64,000 nt of DNA from Hyalangium minutum. Its GTDB lineage: Bacteria > Myxococcota > Myxococcia > Myxococcales > Myxococcaceae. Every line of letters begins with the position of its first letter. Position 1 is the first letter of the stretch. Under the pieces are notes generated by a model, which saw nothing but the letters and a program-made list of their open reading frames with translations, was not told where the DNA came from and did not search any database. Where the stretch lies: positions 496,001 to 560,000 of the forward strand of contig NZ_JMCB01000002.1 of assembly GCF_000737315.1 (NCBI RefSeq), in the 5' to 3' direction. The position numbers and the translations under genes are program-made. Of the stretch, positions 17,191-28,000 are shown one piece after another.

Positions 17191-18009
17191 CTACAGCAAC
17201 GCCTCCAGCTCCTGCAGGTGCGAGAGCACCTCGCGCGGGTGCTGGGCCTCTTGCAGGCGGGTGGCGAGGCCATGGCTCGACAGCCTCGCCACGTGCGCCA
17301 GCCGCATGAGCCAGGGCCGGCCGCGCTCGCTGCCCACCATGACGATGAGCACGCGCAGCGGCTGCCCATCCGGCGTCTCATGCTTCAGCGGCTTCGCCAG
17401 GGTCACCAGTGCGGCCACGGAGGGCACTCCCTCCAGGGCCGCGTGGGGAACCGCCACCCCATTGCCCACCGAGCACGAGGCCCCGGCCTCCCGCCGCTCC
17501 AACTCGTCGGTGAGCTGCGAGGCCGCCAGCCCCGGGCAGGCGGCGCAGATGCGCTCGACGGCCATGTCTCGCGCATCCTCTACAGAGGAGCAGGAGAGCT
17601 GGAGGATGATGCGCTCGGGGGCCAGCAGCGGGGAGAGGGCGGGCGACACCTCTTCTCGCGAGGCGTCGCGCATGGGGAACTCCGCGTTGAGGAACTCACG
17701 GACCCGGGTGAGCTGTGCGCTGGTGAGCTGCCTCCGGGCGATGTCTAGGAAGACTGCCCCGGCGCCAGGCACCTGCTCCAGGTAGTTCGCCACCAGCGGG
17801 TTCACCCGGTGCGAGACATCCAGCAGCATCGCGGGGGGCACGCCCAGTTCGTGCGCGATGGCGGTGAGCCGCTCCGGTGTGGGCACGGCGTCCTGGCCAT
17901 GCTCCACGCGGCTCAGGTAGGCGCTGGAGACACCGATGCGCCGGGCCAGGTCTCGCAAGGAGAGGCCCGCGTCAACGCGCAGCAGCCGGATGGTCGCTCC
18001 CAGGTGCAT
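17191..18009 (-). CDS. XRE-family HTH regulator fused to a PTS EIIA (PtsN-like) domain
   Basis: LSLRDLARRIGVSSAYLSRVEHG HTH; GNGVAVPHA with the phospho-acceptor His. Confidence 0.88.
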   Translation of the reverse strand: MHLGATIRLLRVDAGLSLRDLARRIGVSSAYLSRVEHGQDAVPTPERLTAIAHELGVPPAMLLDVSHRVNPLVANYLEQVPGAGAVFLDIARRQLTSAQLTRVREFLNAEFPMRDASREEVSPALSPLLAPERIILQLSCSSVEDARDMAVERICAACPGLAASQLTDELERREAGASCSVGNGVAVPHAALEGVPSVAALVTLAKPLKHETPDGQPLRVLIVMVGSERGRPWLMRLAHVARLSSHGLATRLQEAQHPREVLSHLQELEALL

Positions 18010-18021
18010 GGTCCCTCAGGC

Positions 18022-20175
18022 TCAGGCGGCGGTGCCATCCGTGACGGGGAGCCCGTCCTGGGCTGCCTCTAACACGGTCTCCGCCTGGGGAGCCGGGTGG
18101 CGCACCACCAGCAGCGACACGGGGGAGTCCTGGATGAAGCGCTCGCGCTGCAGGCCCCAGAGCCGCTCCTCCAGGCCCCACTCCTGGCCCACGCCGACGA
18201 TGATCAAGTCATAGCCGCGCGCGGCCTCCGCCAGCGCCGCTTCCTCCGGCTCCGCATGCTCCACCACCTTGAAGGTGACGCGCCGGCCCTCCTCGGGGAA
18301 CAGCTCCTCCACCTGCGCGCTGGCGCGCCCCTTGAGCTCGGGCGAGGTGACGTGCAGCACCGTCACCTCCGCGTCCGCGTGCCGCATGAGCCGCCGCGCC
18401 AGTCCCAGCGCCGCGCGATCATGGGAGCTGCCCATGAAGGGGACGAGCACCCGCCGCACGCTCGACAGCCCGCGGTCCACCAGGACGGCGACGTCCATGC
18501 GCGCCTCTTGCATCACCTCGTGGACCGTGCCGCCCAGCAGCGTGCGGCTCAGCAGGGGCTTGTGCCAGCCCAGCAGCACGAGGTTCGCGCTCTTGGCCGA
18601 GGCCGTGCGGCAGATGTCCGCGCCGGGCTCGCCTGAGACGAAGGAGAGCGGCTTGATGGGGAGGCTCAGCTTGTTCGCGCGCTCCATCATCGGCGTGAGC
18701 GCCGAGGCATCCGCGGGCTGCGCCTCGTGCCGCAGATGGAACGAGGCGCGCTCCGAGGAGGGGATGAGGTGCAGGGCATAGAGCTGGGAGGGATCCTGCC
18801 CTTGGGAGGTGAGGGCGTGCGCCAACGTCACCATGCCCGGCCCCGCGGTACCATGCGAGACGCACATCATCACGGTGAAGGGCGCGGGCATGAGCGCCAG
18901 GGGCACCGAGTTCTCGGGCACCAGGCGGTCGCGCGCCATCTCATCCATGGGGTAGATCCACCGCAGCAGGGGCGTGGTCATGAAGGTGGTGACCAGCGCC
19001 ATGACCACCATCATCGTGAAGAGCTTGGGAGAGATGACGCCCAGGTCCAGGCCGATGTTGAGGACGATGAGCTCCATCAGGCCGCGGGTGTTCATCAGGA
19101 TGCCGACGGCACCCGCCTCGCGCCAGCGCAGGCCCGTCAGCCGGGCGGCCACCGCACTCCCGCCGAACTTGCCCAGGCAGGCCAGCAGGATGATGGCGCC
19201 GCAGGTGAGCCAGGACTCGGCGCTGTTGAGCAGGCCAATCTGCGTACGCAGGCCGCTGTAGGCGAAGAAGATGGGCAGCAGCAGCACCACCGCCACGTCC
19301 TCCAGCTTCTCCGCGAGCGCCGTAGCCAGCCCGCCCTCCTTGGGGATGATGGCGCCCAGCAGGAAGGCCCCGAACAGGGCGTGGATGCCAATGAACTCAG
19401 TGGCCCAACTGGAGGCCAGCAGGAGGATGAGCGTGGCGGCGACGACGTTCTGCGTGAGCCCCTCGCGGCTGGCCACGCGCGCCCCCAGCCGCGCCAGGAA
19501 GGGCCGCACGGCCAGCAGCATGAAGCTGATGTAGAGCACGGTGAAGAGCGTGGTCCACGCCGCGTGCGCCACATCCGAGGCTCGGACGATGGACACCACG
19601 AAGGCCAGCAGGCACCAGCCCGTCACGTCATCCACCGCCGCGCAGGTGATGGCGATGGCGCCCACCCGCGACTGGAGCAGCCGTCGCTCGGTGAGGATGC
19701 GCGCCAGCACCGGGAAGGCGGTGATGCTCATCGCCACGCCCATGAAGAGGACGAAGGAGGAGAACTTCACCGAGGGCTCCGACAGCGACTCGTAGAGCCA
19801 CAGCACCGCGGCGCCCGCGCCGAGCGCGAACGGGACGATAATGCTCGTGTGGCTGATGGCCACCGAGGCGTGGCCCCGGCCCTTGAGGAGCTTGGGGTCC
19901 AACTCCAGGCCGATGAGGAACATGAAGAGGATGAGCCCCACCTGGCTCAGCATCTTCAGGATGCCCATGGAGTTCTGGGGGAACAGGCTCTCCATCACCT
20001 CGGGCGCCAACCAGCCCAGCAGCGACGGCCCGAGCACGATGCCCGCGACCACCTCCGCGATGACGAGCGGCTGTCCGAGTGCCCGGGCTCCCCGCCCAAT
20101 CACTCGCGACAACACAATGATCACGATGAGTTGGACGATGAGCAGGGTGAGAGGACTCTGCGCGAAGCCATGCAT
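18022..20175 (-). CDS. Cation/H+ antiporter (CPA2) with C-terminal USP-like domains
   Basis: About 12 TM segments; SITAFPVLARIL, CAAVDDV, LMNTRGLMELIVLNIG; soluble tail with VLLGWH and LIIVG. Confidence 0.92.
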   Translation of the reverse strand: MHGFAQSPLTLLIVQLIVIIVLSRVIGRGARALGQPLVIAEVVAGIVLGPSLLGWLAPEVMESLFPQNSMGILKMLSQVGLILFMFLIGLELDPKLLKGRGHASVAISHTSIIVPFALGAGAAVLWLYESLSEPSVKFSSFVLFMGVAMSITAFPVLARILTERRLLQSRVGAIAITCAAVDDVTGWCLLAFVVSIVRASDVAHAAWTTLFTVLYISFMLLAVRPFLARLGARVASREGLTQNVVAATLILLLASSWATEFIGIHALFGAFLLGAIIPKEGGLATALAEKLEDVAVVLLLPIFFAYSGLRTQIGLLNSAESWLTCGAIILLACLGKFGGSAVAARLTGLRWREAGAVGILMNTRGLMELIVLNIGLDLGVISPKLFTMMVVMALVTTFMTTPLLRWIYPMDEMARDRLVPENSVPLALMPAPFTVMMCVSHGTAGPGMVTLAHALTSQGQDPSQLYALHLIPSSERASFHLRHEAQPADASALTPMMERANKLSLPIKPLSFVSGEPGADICRTASAKSANLVLLGWHKPLLSRTLLGGTVHEVMQEARMDVAVLVDRGLSSVRRVLVPFMGSSHDRAALGLARRLMRHADAEVTVLHVTSPELKGRASAQVEELFPEEGRRVTFKVVEHAEPEEAALAEAARGYDLIIVGVGQEWGLEERLWGLQRERFIQDSPVSLLVVRHPAPQAETVLEAAQDGLPVTDGTAA

Positions 20176-20363
20176 CGGGATCTCCTAAAGGTCGAGGGCG
20201 ATAAGTGGGCACTTATCAGCCCTCTGCGCGAAGCGTCAAACCCAGCTTGGAGCACTTTTACCCTCACGTGCACGGGTCCACGAGAGGCTGTTTGCCCAGA
20301 GAGCAATGGGGCACCCGCGCCTTGCCGCTCCGGGCGCGAGGGTGCTAGCGAAGCGCCCTCTCT

Positions 20364-21398
20364 ATGCGCCTCTCTCGACTTGTTGGTGCGTCCGCCCTGT
20401 CGTTCCTGCTGCTCGCTGGCTGTGAGAAGGAGCGCCAGCAGGGCTCCGGCTCGAAGCCCGCGTCTCCCGCCGCCTCTGGCGCGACCGCCTCCGCGGCCCA
20501 GGGGGGCACGCCGGTGGTGACCTTCGAGGGCGGCGCTATCACGCTCGAGCAGCTCCAGAGCTACATCGCGCAGATGAACCCGCAGGCACGCTCCCGGCTG
20601 GCGGCTCCCGAGCAGCGGCGCGAGTACGCGGAAGGCCTGGCGCGCTTCGAGCTCTTCGTCGCCGAGGCGCGGCGCCGCGGGCTGGAGAACGACCCCGAGG
20701 TGCAGGAGGCGATGAGGCGCGCCATGGTGCAGCAACTGCTCTTCAAGGAGTTCGACGAGAAGGCGCCGCCCGTCACCCCCGAGGAGATCTCCGCCTTCTA
20801 TGAAGCGCACAAGGCCGAGTTCGTCCAGCCCGCGCGCTCGCGCTACTCGCACCTGCTGGTGCCTGCGCCCCAGGGCAGCGCCGACCGGGCCGCGAAGAAG
20901 CAGAAGGCCCAGGCGCTCCTGGAGAAGGCGCGCAAGCTTCAGCCGCTGGACTTCGATGCGTTCGATGCGCTCATCAAAGAGGCCTCGGGCAACCCAGCCG
21001 CGACGCCGGCCGAGGCAGACATCCAGCCCGTCACCCCGGAGCAGCTGAAGTCCCGGCTGGGCGCGGAGGTGGCCGCCGCCGCGGCGAAGCTGAAGCAGCC
21101 GGGAGACCTCTCGGGCGTGGTGGAGTCCAGCCAGGGCTTCCACCTGATCAAGCTCACGGATGTGAAGCCTGAGAAGAACCAGACCCTGGAGTCCGCCACT
21201 CCGCAGGTGCGTGCCCGTATCGCTCGTGAGCGGCGGGACGCCCGCGTATCGAAGTTCACCGAGGAGCTCCAGTCGCGCGCGGGCTTCCGCACGGACGAGG
21301 CAGCGCTCCAGAAGCTCCAGGTGGATCCTCAGGCGCCCCAGGCCACGACGGTGGGCCCGGCCCCAGGCTTCCTGCCCGCGCCGCCGCCGACCAAGTAA
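20364..21398 (+). CDS. PpiC/SurA-like peptidyl-prolyl isomerase lipoprotein
   Basis: Lipobox LLAGC; RYSHLLV; SGVVESSQGFHLIKL rotamase signature. Confidence 0.85.
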   Translation: MRLSRLVGASALSFLLLAGCEKERQQGSGSKPASPAASGATASAAQGGTPVVTFEGGAITLEQLQSYIAQMNPQARSRLAAPEQRREYAEGLARFELFVAEARRRGLENDPEVQEAMRRAMVQQLLFKEFDEKAPPVTPEEISAFYEAHKAEFVQPARSRYSHLLVPAPQGSADRAAKKQKAQALLEKARKLQPLDFDAFDALIKEASGNPAATPAEADIQPVTPEQLKSRLGAEVAAAAAKLKQPGDLSGVVESSQGFHLIKLTDVKPEKNQTLESATPQVRARIARERRDARVSKFTEELQSRAGFRTDEAALQKLQVDPQAPQATTVGPAPGFLPAPPPTK

Positions 21399-21518
21399 CG
21401 GGCCTGGGAGGGGCCTCGCGGCCTTTCCATCGTGCGTGAAGCAACCGCTTCTTTCTCGGCCCGTGTCGGTTGCGTACAGTGGAAGCCGCTGGCTGGCTGA
21501 GTGCCTGGGGGTTCCACA

Positions 21519-24500
21519 ATGCGTCGATGGCTCCTGGCGGTGTCGGGTCTTCTGCTGGTGACCACCTCGGTCGCCTCCGCGCAGTCGAACCAACCACCGG
21601 TAGCGGATGCAGGGGTGGACCAGGATGTCCCCGAGTGGACCGTCGTCACGCTGTCCGGCCTGGGCTCATATGATCCGGAGGATGGGGGCATCCGGCAGTA
21701 CGCGTGGGCACAGCTCTCGGGCCCCCCCGTGGAGCTCATCCCCACCTTCACGAGGCCCAACCCCCAGTTCACCGCGCCGCGCGTGTCGCAGGACACGGTG
21801 CTGACCTTCCAGCTCACGGTTTATGACAACGCGTTCTTGAGCAGCACGGACACGGTGAAGATCACCGTGCACAACACCAACACGCCCCCCGTGGCGAATG
21901 CGGGCGTGGACGTGGTGCAGGATGAATACTCCATCGTGACACTCGATGGCAGCGCATCGATGGATCCCGACGGCGAGCCGCTCACCTATATGTGGACGCA
22001 GACGGCGGGCCCGGCGGTGCTCCTCAACGTGCCCACCATCGCCAAGCCCACGTTCGACGCGCCCCGGCTGACGAGCGATACGGTGCTGACGTTCCAACTC
22101 ACGGTGAGTGATGCCTCCCTCTCCAGCTCGGACACCGTGAATGTCACCTTGCGCAACGTGAACGCCCCGCCGATCGCTCACGCCGGGGTGAACTGGTCCG
22201 GGGTCAGGAACACCGTGCTGCGGCTGGATGGCACGGGGTCTTGGGACCCAGACCCGGATGCGGTGCTGAGCTTTTCGTGGGCGCAGGTCTTTGGCCCGCC
22301 GGTCACCCTCGTGAACGCGGACACGGCGCGGCCTTCGTTTGTCGTGCCGGATGCGCCCACGGGCACGGAGGTCCGGTTTGAGCTCACGGTGAGCGACGGC
22401 AGTCTCTTCAGCACGGCCGATGTGCGCATAGGGATCATCGACTCAACTCAGCCTCCGGTGGCGAATGCGGGCTGGAATCAGTCAATAAGCCCGGGCCAGA
22501 TGGTCGTCCTGGATGGCTCGGAGTCCAGCGATCCCGAACACACCGTGTTGGCCTACACGTGGGAGCAGCTCTCGGGGCCGCCGGTAACCATCCGGGGCTC
22601 CGCTCAGTACCCGAACGCGTACTTCGATGCACCGTATGACGCCGCCGATGGCACGGTGCTCACCTTCCAGCTCACGGTGAACGACGGCTACGCCTCCAGT
22701 ACCGACACGGTGGACATTGTCGTGCGCACCGTGCTGCCTCCCCCGGTGCCCAACGCGGGCCCAGACCAGACGGTGGACGAGCGCGCGGTCGTGACGCTGG
22801 ATGGCTCGGGCTCGTACGACCCGGATGGGGAGCACCTGCTGTATGGCTGGCAGCAGCTCTCGGGCCCCCCTGTGCAGCTCAACGGCAACTACGACACGCC
22901 CATGGCCACGTTCACCGCGCCCGATGTGACGGCCGATACGGTGCTCACCTTCCAGATCCTGGTGAGTGACGGGTCGCCCTACCGGACGGACACGGTGGAC
23001 ATCACGGTGCGGAGCGTGAACCGCGCGCCCGTGGCCCGGGCGGGTTCTCCTCAGACGGTGAACGAGCACGGACTCGTTACGCTGGATGGCCGGGGCTCTG
23101 GGGATCCAGATCAAGACCCGCTGACGTACGCGTGGGAGCAGACATCTGGCCCTCCGATGGTGCTCGCGGGAGCGAACACCGCGCAGCCCACCTTCACGCC
23201 GGAGGTGGCGGTGGACTCAGTGCTCACCTTCCGGCTAACGGTGAGCGACGGGGTGGTCTCCAGTACGGACACCGTGAGCGTCACCGTGCGGGACGTGAAC
23301 CGCAGGCCGGTGGCCCGAGCGGGGCCGGACCGGTGGATGGATGAGCGCACCTCGGGCGTGCTGGATGGCCGCGAGTCGATGGATCCCGACGCGGACACGG
23401 TCCTGACCTATGCCTGGGTGCAGACGGCAGGACCCTCGGTGCAGCTCACCGGGGCAGACACGGCTCAGGCCACGTTCATTGCACCCGAGGTCTCCACGAG
23501 CACACAGCTCGTCTTCCAGCTCACGGTGAGCGACGGAGTGCTCTCTCAGACGGACTTGGTGGAGATCTGGGTCGCTCAGGTGAATCGCCCTCCCGTGGCG
23601 AACGCGGGGCAGGGCATCGCGGTGGAGGGGGGCGCCCGGGTGACGCTGGATGGCCGAGGCTCGGCGGATCCGGACGCGGACTCCACCCTGACGTACCTCT
23701 GGGAGCAGACGGAGGGGCCCGAGGCGGTGCTCTCCGGGGCCTACATCGCGCAGCCCACGGTGGTGGTGCCAGCGGTGACGGCGGACGCGGTGCTCACCTT
23801 CAAGCTCACGGTGAGCGATGGCTCACTGGCCAGCACGGACACGGTGCGTATCACGGTGCATCGGCTGAACCGCGCCCCCGTGGCTCACGCGGGCACCCGC
23901 CGCGAGGTGGACGAGCGCACCCAGGTGACGCTGGATGGCCGGGGCTCCTCGGATCCGGATCAGGACTCGCTGAGCTACGTGTGGACCCAGAAGGAGGGGC
24001 CTGCGGTGACGCTCACGGGGGCCACCTCCGCGCAGCCGGTGTTCACGGCTCCAGAAGTGACCGCAACCACGGTGCTGACGTTCCAGCTCGTGGTGAGTGA
24101 CGGGGGCGCGTCCTCCGAGCCGAAGACCGTGAGCCTCACGGTCCGCAATGTGAACCGCATGCCGGTGGCTCACGCGGGCGAGGATCAGTCCGTGAAGGGC
24201 GGCGCGAGGGTGACCCTGGGGGGCAGCGGGGAGGATCCGGACAGTGACGGGATGAGCTACCGGTGGGTGCAGACGGCGGGGCCTACCATGACACTCAGCG
24301 ACGATACGGATGTGGCGCCCACCTTCACCGCGCCGGGGCTGAGCTGGGACGAGGTGCTCACGTTCACCTTGAAGGTGACGGATGCCCAGGGAGCGAGCGC
24401 CGAGGACTCCGTGTCCATCACGGTGAAGGCCCTGCCGGACCTGCCCAGCGATGGGGACGGGGAGGGGAGCGGTTGTGGGTGCTCGTCGGACAGCTCTGCG

Positions 24501-24572
24501 GCGGGGGCGCTGCTGCCGCTGGTGTTGCTGGGCCTCCTGTTGCGGAGCCGCCGCCGGTGGCCGGTACACTGA
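21519..24572 (+). CDS. Cell-surface protein: signal peptide + 10 PKD/K319L-like repeats + MYXO-CTERM sorting motif
   Basis: Ten ~95-aa units (PVAxAG...TLDGxxSxDPD...YxWxQ..GP...LTFxLTVSDG); C-terminal GCGCS...LLGLLLRSRRR. Confidence 0.92.
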   Translation: MRRWLLAVSGLLLVTTSVASAQSNQPPVADAGVDQDVPEWTVVTLSGLGSYDPEDGGIRQYAWAQLSGPPVELIPTFTRPNPQFTAPRVSQDTVLTFQLTVYDNAFLSSTDTVKITVHNTNTPPVANAGVDVVQDEYSIVTLDGSASMDPDGEPLTYMWTQTAGPAVLLNVPTIAKPTFDAPRLTSDTVLTFQLTVSDASLSSSDTVNVTLRNVNAPPIAHAGVNWSGVRNTVLRLDGTGSWDPDPDAVLSFSWAQVFGPPVTLVNADTARPSFVVPDAPTGTEVRFELTVSDGSLFSTADVRIGIIDSTQPPVANAGWNQSISPGQMVVLDGSESSDPEHTVLAYTWEQLSGPPVTIRGSAQYPNAYFDAPYDAADGTVLTFQLTVNDGYASSTDTVDIVVRTVLPPPVPNAGPDQTVDERAVVTLDGSGSYDPDGEHLLYGWQQLSGPPVQLNGNYDTPMATFTAPDVTADTVLTFQILVSDGSPYRTDTVDITVRSVNRAPVARAGSPQTVNEHGLVTLDGRGSGDPDQDPLTYAWEQTSGPPMVLAGANTAQPTFTPEVAVDSVLTFRLTVSDGVVSSTDTVSVTVRDVNRRPVARAGPDRWMDERTSGVLDGRESMDPDADTVLTYAWVQTAGPSVQLTGADTAQATFIAPEVSTSTQLVFQLTVSDGVLSQTDLVEIWVAQVNRPPVANAGQGIAVEGGARVTLDGRGSADPDADSTLTYLWEQTEGPEAVLSGAYIAQPTVVVPAVTADAVLTFKLTVSDGSLASTDTVRITVHRLNRAPVAHAGTRREVDERTQVTLDGRGSSDPDQDSLSYVWTQKEGPAVTLTGATSAQPVFTAPEVTATTVLTFQLVVSDGGASSEPKTVSLTVRNVNRMPVAHAGEDQSVKGGARVTLGGSGEDPDSDGMSYRWVQTAGPTMTLSDDTDVAPTFTAPGLSWDEVLTFTLKVTDAQGASAEDSVSITVKALPDLPSDGDGEGSGCGCSSDSSAAGALLPLVLLGLLLRSRRRWPVH

Positions 24573-24598
24573 GGGCGGGCTGAAGGAAGGAGTGCTTC

Positions 24599-25051
24599 GT
24601 GTCGGAAGGCACAGCCGAAGCGGGATGCGTGGCGCTGCTGCGCCGGTTCGTCTCGCTCCAGGCCGAGCTGGTGAAGGCCTGGCTCCTGTTCCATCCGGGG
24701 GGGCTGGACCCATGGGCCTCGACGCGGGTGGCTCGCCACGGCGAGGTCTTCGTGCGGGGCGAGCGCTGGCATTTCCACCGCCATGGCGGGGGCGTGGACT
24801 TTACGGGCGATGAGTCCCGGCGGGTGGTGGACGTGCACCGGGCCGCGGGCACGCCCGAGCTCTTCGACACGTGGCGGCTGATGCTCTACTTCGAGTCCCT
24901 CAACATGAACACCGTGAGGGTGGGAGCCCGCGAGTTCCCCACGGATGACGAGCGCTCGCTCGATCAGTGGCTGCAGGAACTGGAGAAGCTGGGCCTCGTC
25001 GCGAGGGACCGGACGGATGCCCAGCTGTGGCGGATCTCCATGGCGAACTGA
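24599..25051 (+). CDS. Hypothetical protein, DUF6896-like
   Basis: GAAGGAG RBS + GTG; WHFHRHGGGVDF motif recalled from DUF6896. Confidence 0.6.
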   Translation: MSEGTAEAGCVALLRRFVSLQAELVKAWLLFHPGGLDPWASTRVARHGEVFVRGERWHFHRHGGGVDFTGDESRRVVDVHRAAGTPELFDTWRLMLYFESLNMNTVRVGAREFPTDDERSLDQWLQELEKLGLVARDRTDAQLWRISMAN

Positions 25052-25060
25052 GCGCGGGGC

Positions 25061-28000
25061 TCACGCCTGCGGCTGCGCGCAGGTGTGCAGATCTCTCAGC
25101 ACCTTCTTGGCTTCCACCACCAGGGCCTGGCCCTTGGTGCCCTCGGGCACCTTGGCGATGAGCTTCAGGTCCGGCGTGAGCCGGTAGAGCCCCTTGGAGC
25201 GCTGCACCAGCGCGGCCAGCTTGTGCCCGTCGAGCAGCGCGTCCGCGCCCAGCGTCACCACCAGCCGGCCCGCGCCGGACTCCAGCGCTCGCAGCCGGAT
25301 GTCCCGCATGTCGATCTTCAGCAGCGTCTGCTCCGAGAGGTTGTCCACCTCGTCGGGGGCCTCGCCGTAGCGGTCCACCAGCTCGGCGCGCAGGTCCGTG
25401 ACTTCGTCCGGGTGGCTGGCCTGGCTGAAGCGCTTGTAGAAGACGAGCCGCTGGTGCACGTCCGGCACGTAGTCGTCCGGGATGAGCGCCGCCAGGGACA
25501 GGTTGATGTCCGGCTCGATCTGCGCGCGCACTGGCTGGCCCTGCAGCTCGGACACCGCCTCCTCCAGCAGCTGCGCGTACATGTCGAAGCCAATCTCCGC
25601 GATGGCGCCCGATTGCTTCTCGCCCAGCAGATTGCCCGCGCCGCGGATCTCCAGGTCATGGCTGGCGATGGAGAAGCCCGCGCCCAGCTCGGTGAAGTTC
25701 TGCAGCACCTCCAGGCGCCGCTGCGCGTCCTTGGTGACGGTCCGCCGGGCGGGCACCAGCAGGTACGCGTACGCGCGCTCCTTGGAGCGGCCCACGCGGC
25801 CGCGGAGCTGGTAGAGCTGCGCCAGGCCGAAGGCATCCGCCCGGTTGACGATCATCGTGTTGGCGCTGGAGATGTCGATGCCGCTCTCGATGATGGAGGT
25901 GCACAGCAGCACCTGGAACTTCTTCTCGGTGAACTGCAGCATCACCCTCTCGAGCTGGCCCTCGCCCATCTGCCCGTGTGCCACGCCGACGCTGACGTTC
26001 GGCACCAGCTCCTTGAGCAGCCGCTCCATCGAGGGCAGGGATTGCACGCGGTTGTGGACGAAGAACACCTGTCCGCCGCGCGCCACCTCGCGCTCGATGG
26101 CCTCCTTGATGACCGGCGGATCGAACTTCATCACGAAGGTGCGGATGGCGCGCCGGTCCTGCGGCGGCGTGGCGATGATGCTCATGTCGCGCACGCCGGA
26201 CATGGACATGTGCAGCGTGCGAGGGATGGGCGTCGCCGTCAGCGTGAGCACGTCCACCTGGGTGCGCAGCCGCTTGAGCTGCTCCTTCTGCTTCACGCCG
26301 AAGCGCTGTTCCTCGTCCACCACGAGCAGCCCCAGGTCCTTGAAGGCCACATCCCCGGCCAGCAGCTTGTGCGTGCCGATGAGGATGTCGACCCTGCCTT
26401 CCTTGGCGCGCTTGAGGACCTCGCGCACCTCGGGAGGCTTCTTCAGCCCGGAGATGACCTCCACGTTGACGGGGTACCCCTCGAAGCGCTTCTTGAAGGA
26501 GAGGAAGTGCTGCTGGGCCAGCACCGTGGTGGGCACCAGCACCGCTACCTGCTTGCGGTCCAGCGTGGCTTTGAAGGCGGCGCGCATGGCCACCTCCGTC
26601 TTGCCATAGCCCACGTCGCCGCAGACCAGCCGGTCCATGGGCGTGGGCTTCTGCATGTCCGCCAGCACGTCCTCGATGGCCTTGGCCTGGTCTGGCGTCT
26701 CCTCGAACTCGAAGTCCGCCTCGAACTGGTGGAAGTACCGGTCCGGCGCCGTGAAGGCGTGGCCCGGGTGCGCCTTGCGCGCGGCGGCCATCTGCAGCAG
26801 CTCCGCCGCCATCTTGAGCAGCTGCTCCTTGACGCGCTTCTTCGTCTTCTCCCAGCTCGCGGTGCCCAGCTTGTCCAGCTGGACGTTCGCGGGGTCTCCA
26901 CCCGTGAACTTCTGGATGAGCCGCATGCGGCTCACGGGCAGGTAGATCTTGTCCTTCCCCGCGTACTCCAGGACGAGGAAGTCCCCCGGCACGCCCTGCA
27001 CCTGCATCTTCGTCAGGCCCGCGTAGCGGCCAATGCCGAAGTCGGTGTGGACGATCAGGTCTCCTTCCTTCAGATCCTTGAAGCCCGCGGCGAAAGCATC
27101 CGCCCGCTTCGAGCGGCGCACGCGCCTCCGGGCCCTGACGCCGAAGATCTCCTCGTCCGCCAGCAGCGCCAGCCCACCCGAGCCATCCACGAAGCCGTGG
27201 CTCACCTCACCCGTGAAGAGGTGGGCGAAGATGGAGGGCTCGTACAGCCGGGTCACATCCTCGAGGGCCTCGTGATGGATGCGGACCATCACGTTGCGCT
27301 CCAGCAGCAGGCGCTTGAGCCGGTCCGCCTGGCTCAGCGTGCCGCAGGCGATCGCGCAGGCCACGCGCATCTCCCGCCACCGTTGCAGCCGCTCCACCAG
27401 CGGCGTGAGGGCACCCTCCTCGCCGTGGTGCGCCAGGATGGCCTCGCGCAGATCCTGGGTGCTGCCGAAGGAGAACATCACCGGCGGCAATTCGCTCGGC
27501 GTGAGCGCCAGTCCGCCGCCCTCCACCACGCGCGCCTTCAGGTGAGAGAGCTGCGCATCCGCCTGCTCACGCGTGAGGAAGTGCTCGGGCGGCGGGAGCG
27601 TGAGGTCCTGCCGCTCGGTCGCTGCTTGGAAGGACTGCTCCAGCTCCTCCCACAGCTCGCTCGCGGCGCGATCTAAGCCCACCGGATCATCGAAGTAGAA
27701 GAGCGGGTCCTTTGCCCAAAGCCGCAGGTAGTCGAAGACGGTGCCGAGCCCACCCTCGAAGAAGCTGGGCATCAGGCCCTCCAGGCCGAAGCCGGGCAGG
27801 CCCTCGCGGAGGGCATCGAGCCGCTCGCGCAGCTTGATGGTGGGCAGGTTGATCCGGTCCGCTGCTGCTCGGGCTGTGGCCTCGGCGCGTGGGCGCGTCT
27901 GCTCGGTGAGCATCACCTCGCGCGCTGGAACCAGGAACACCTCTTTCAGCGAGTCCACCGTGCGCTGCGTGTCCGGATCGAACGCACGGATGGACTCGAT

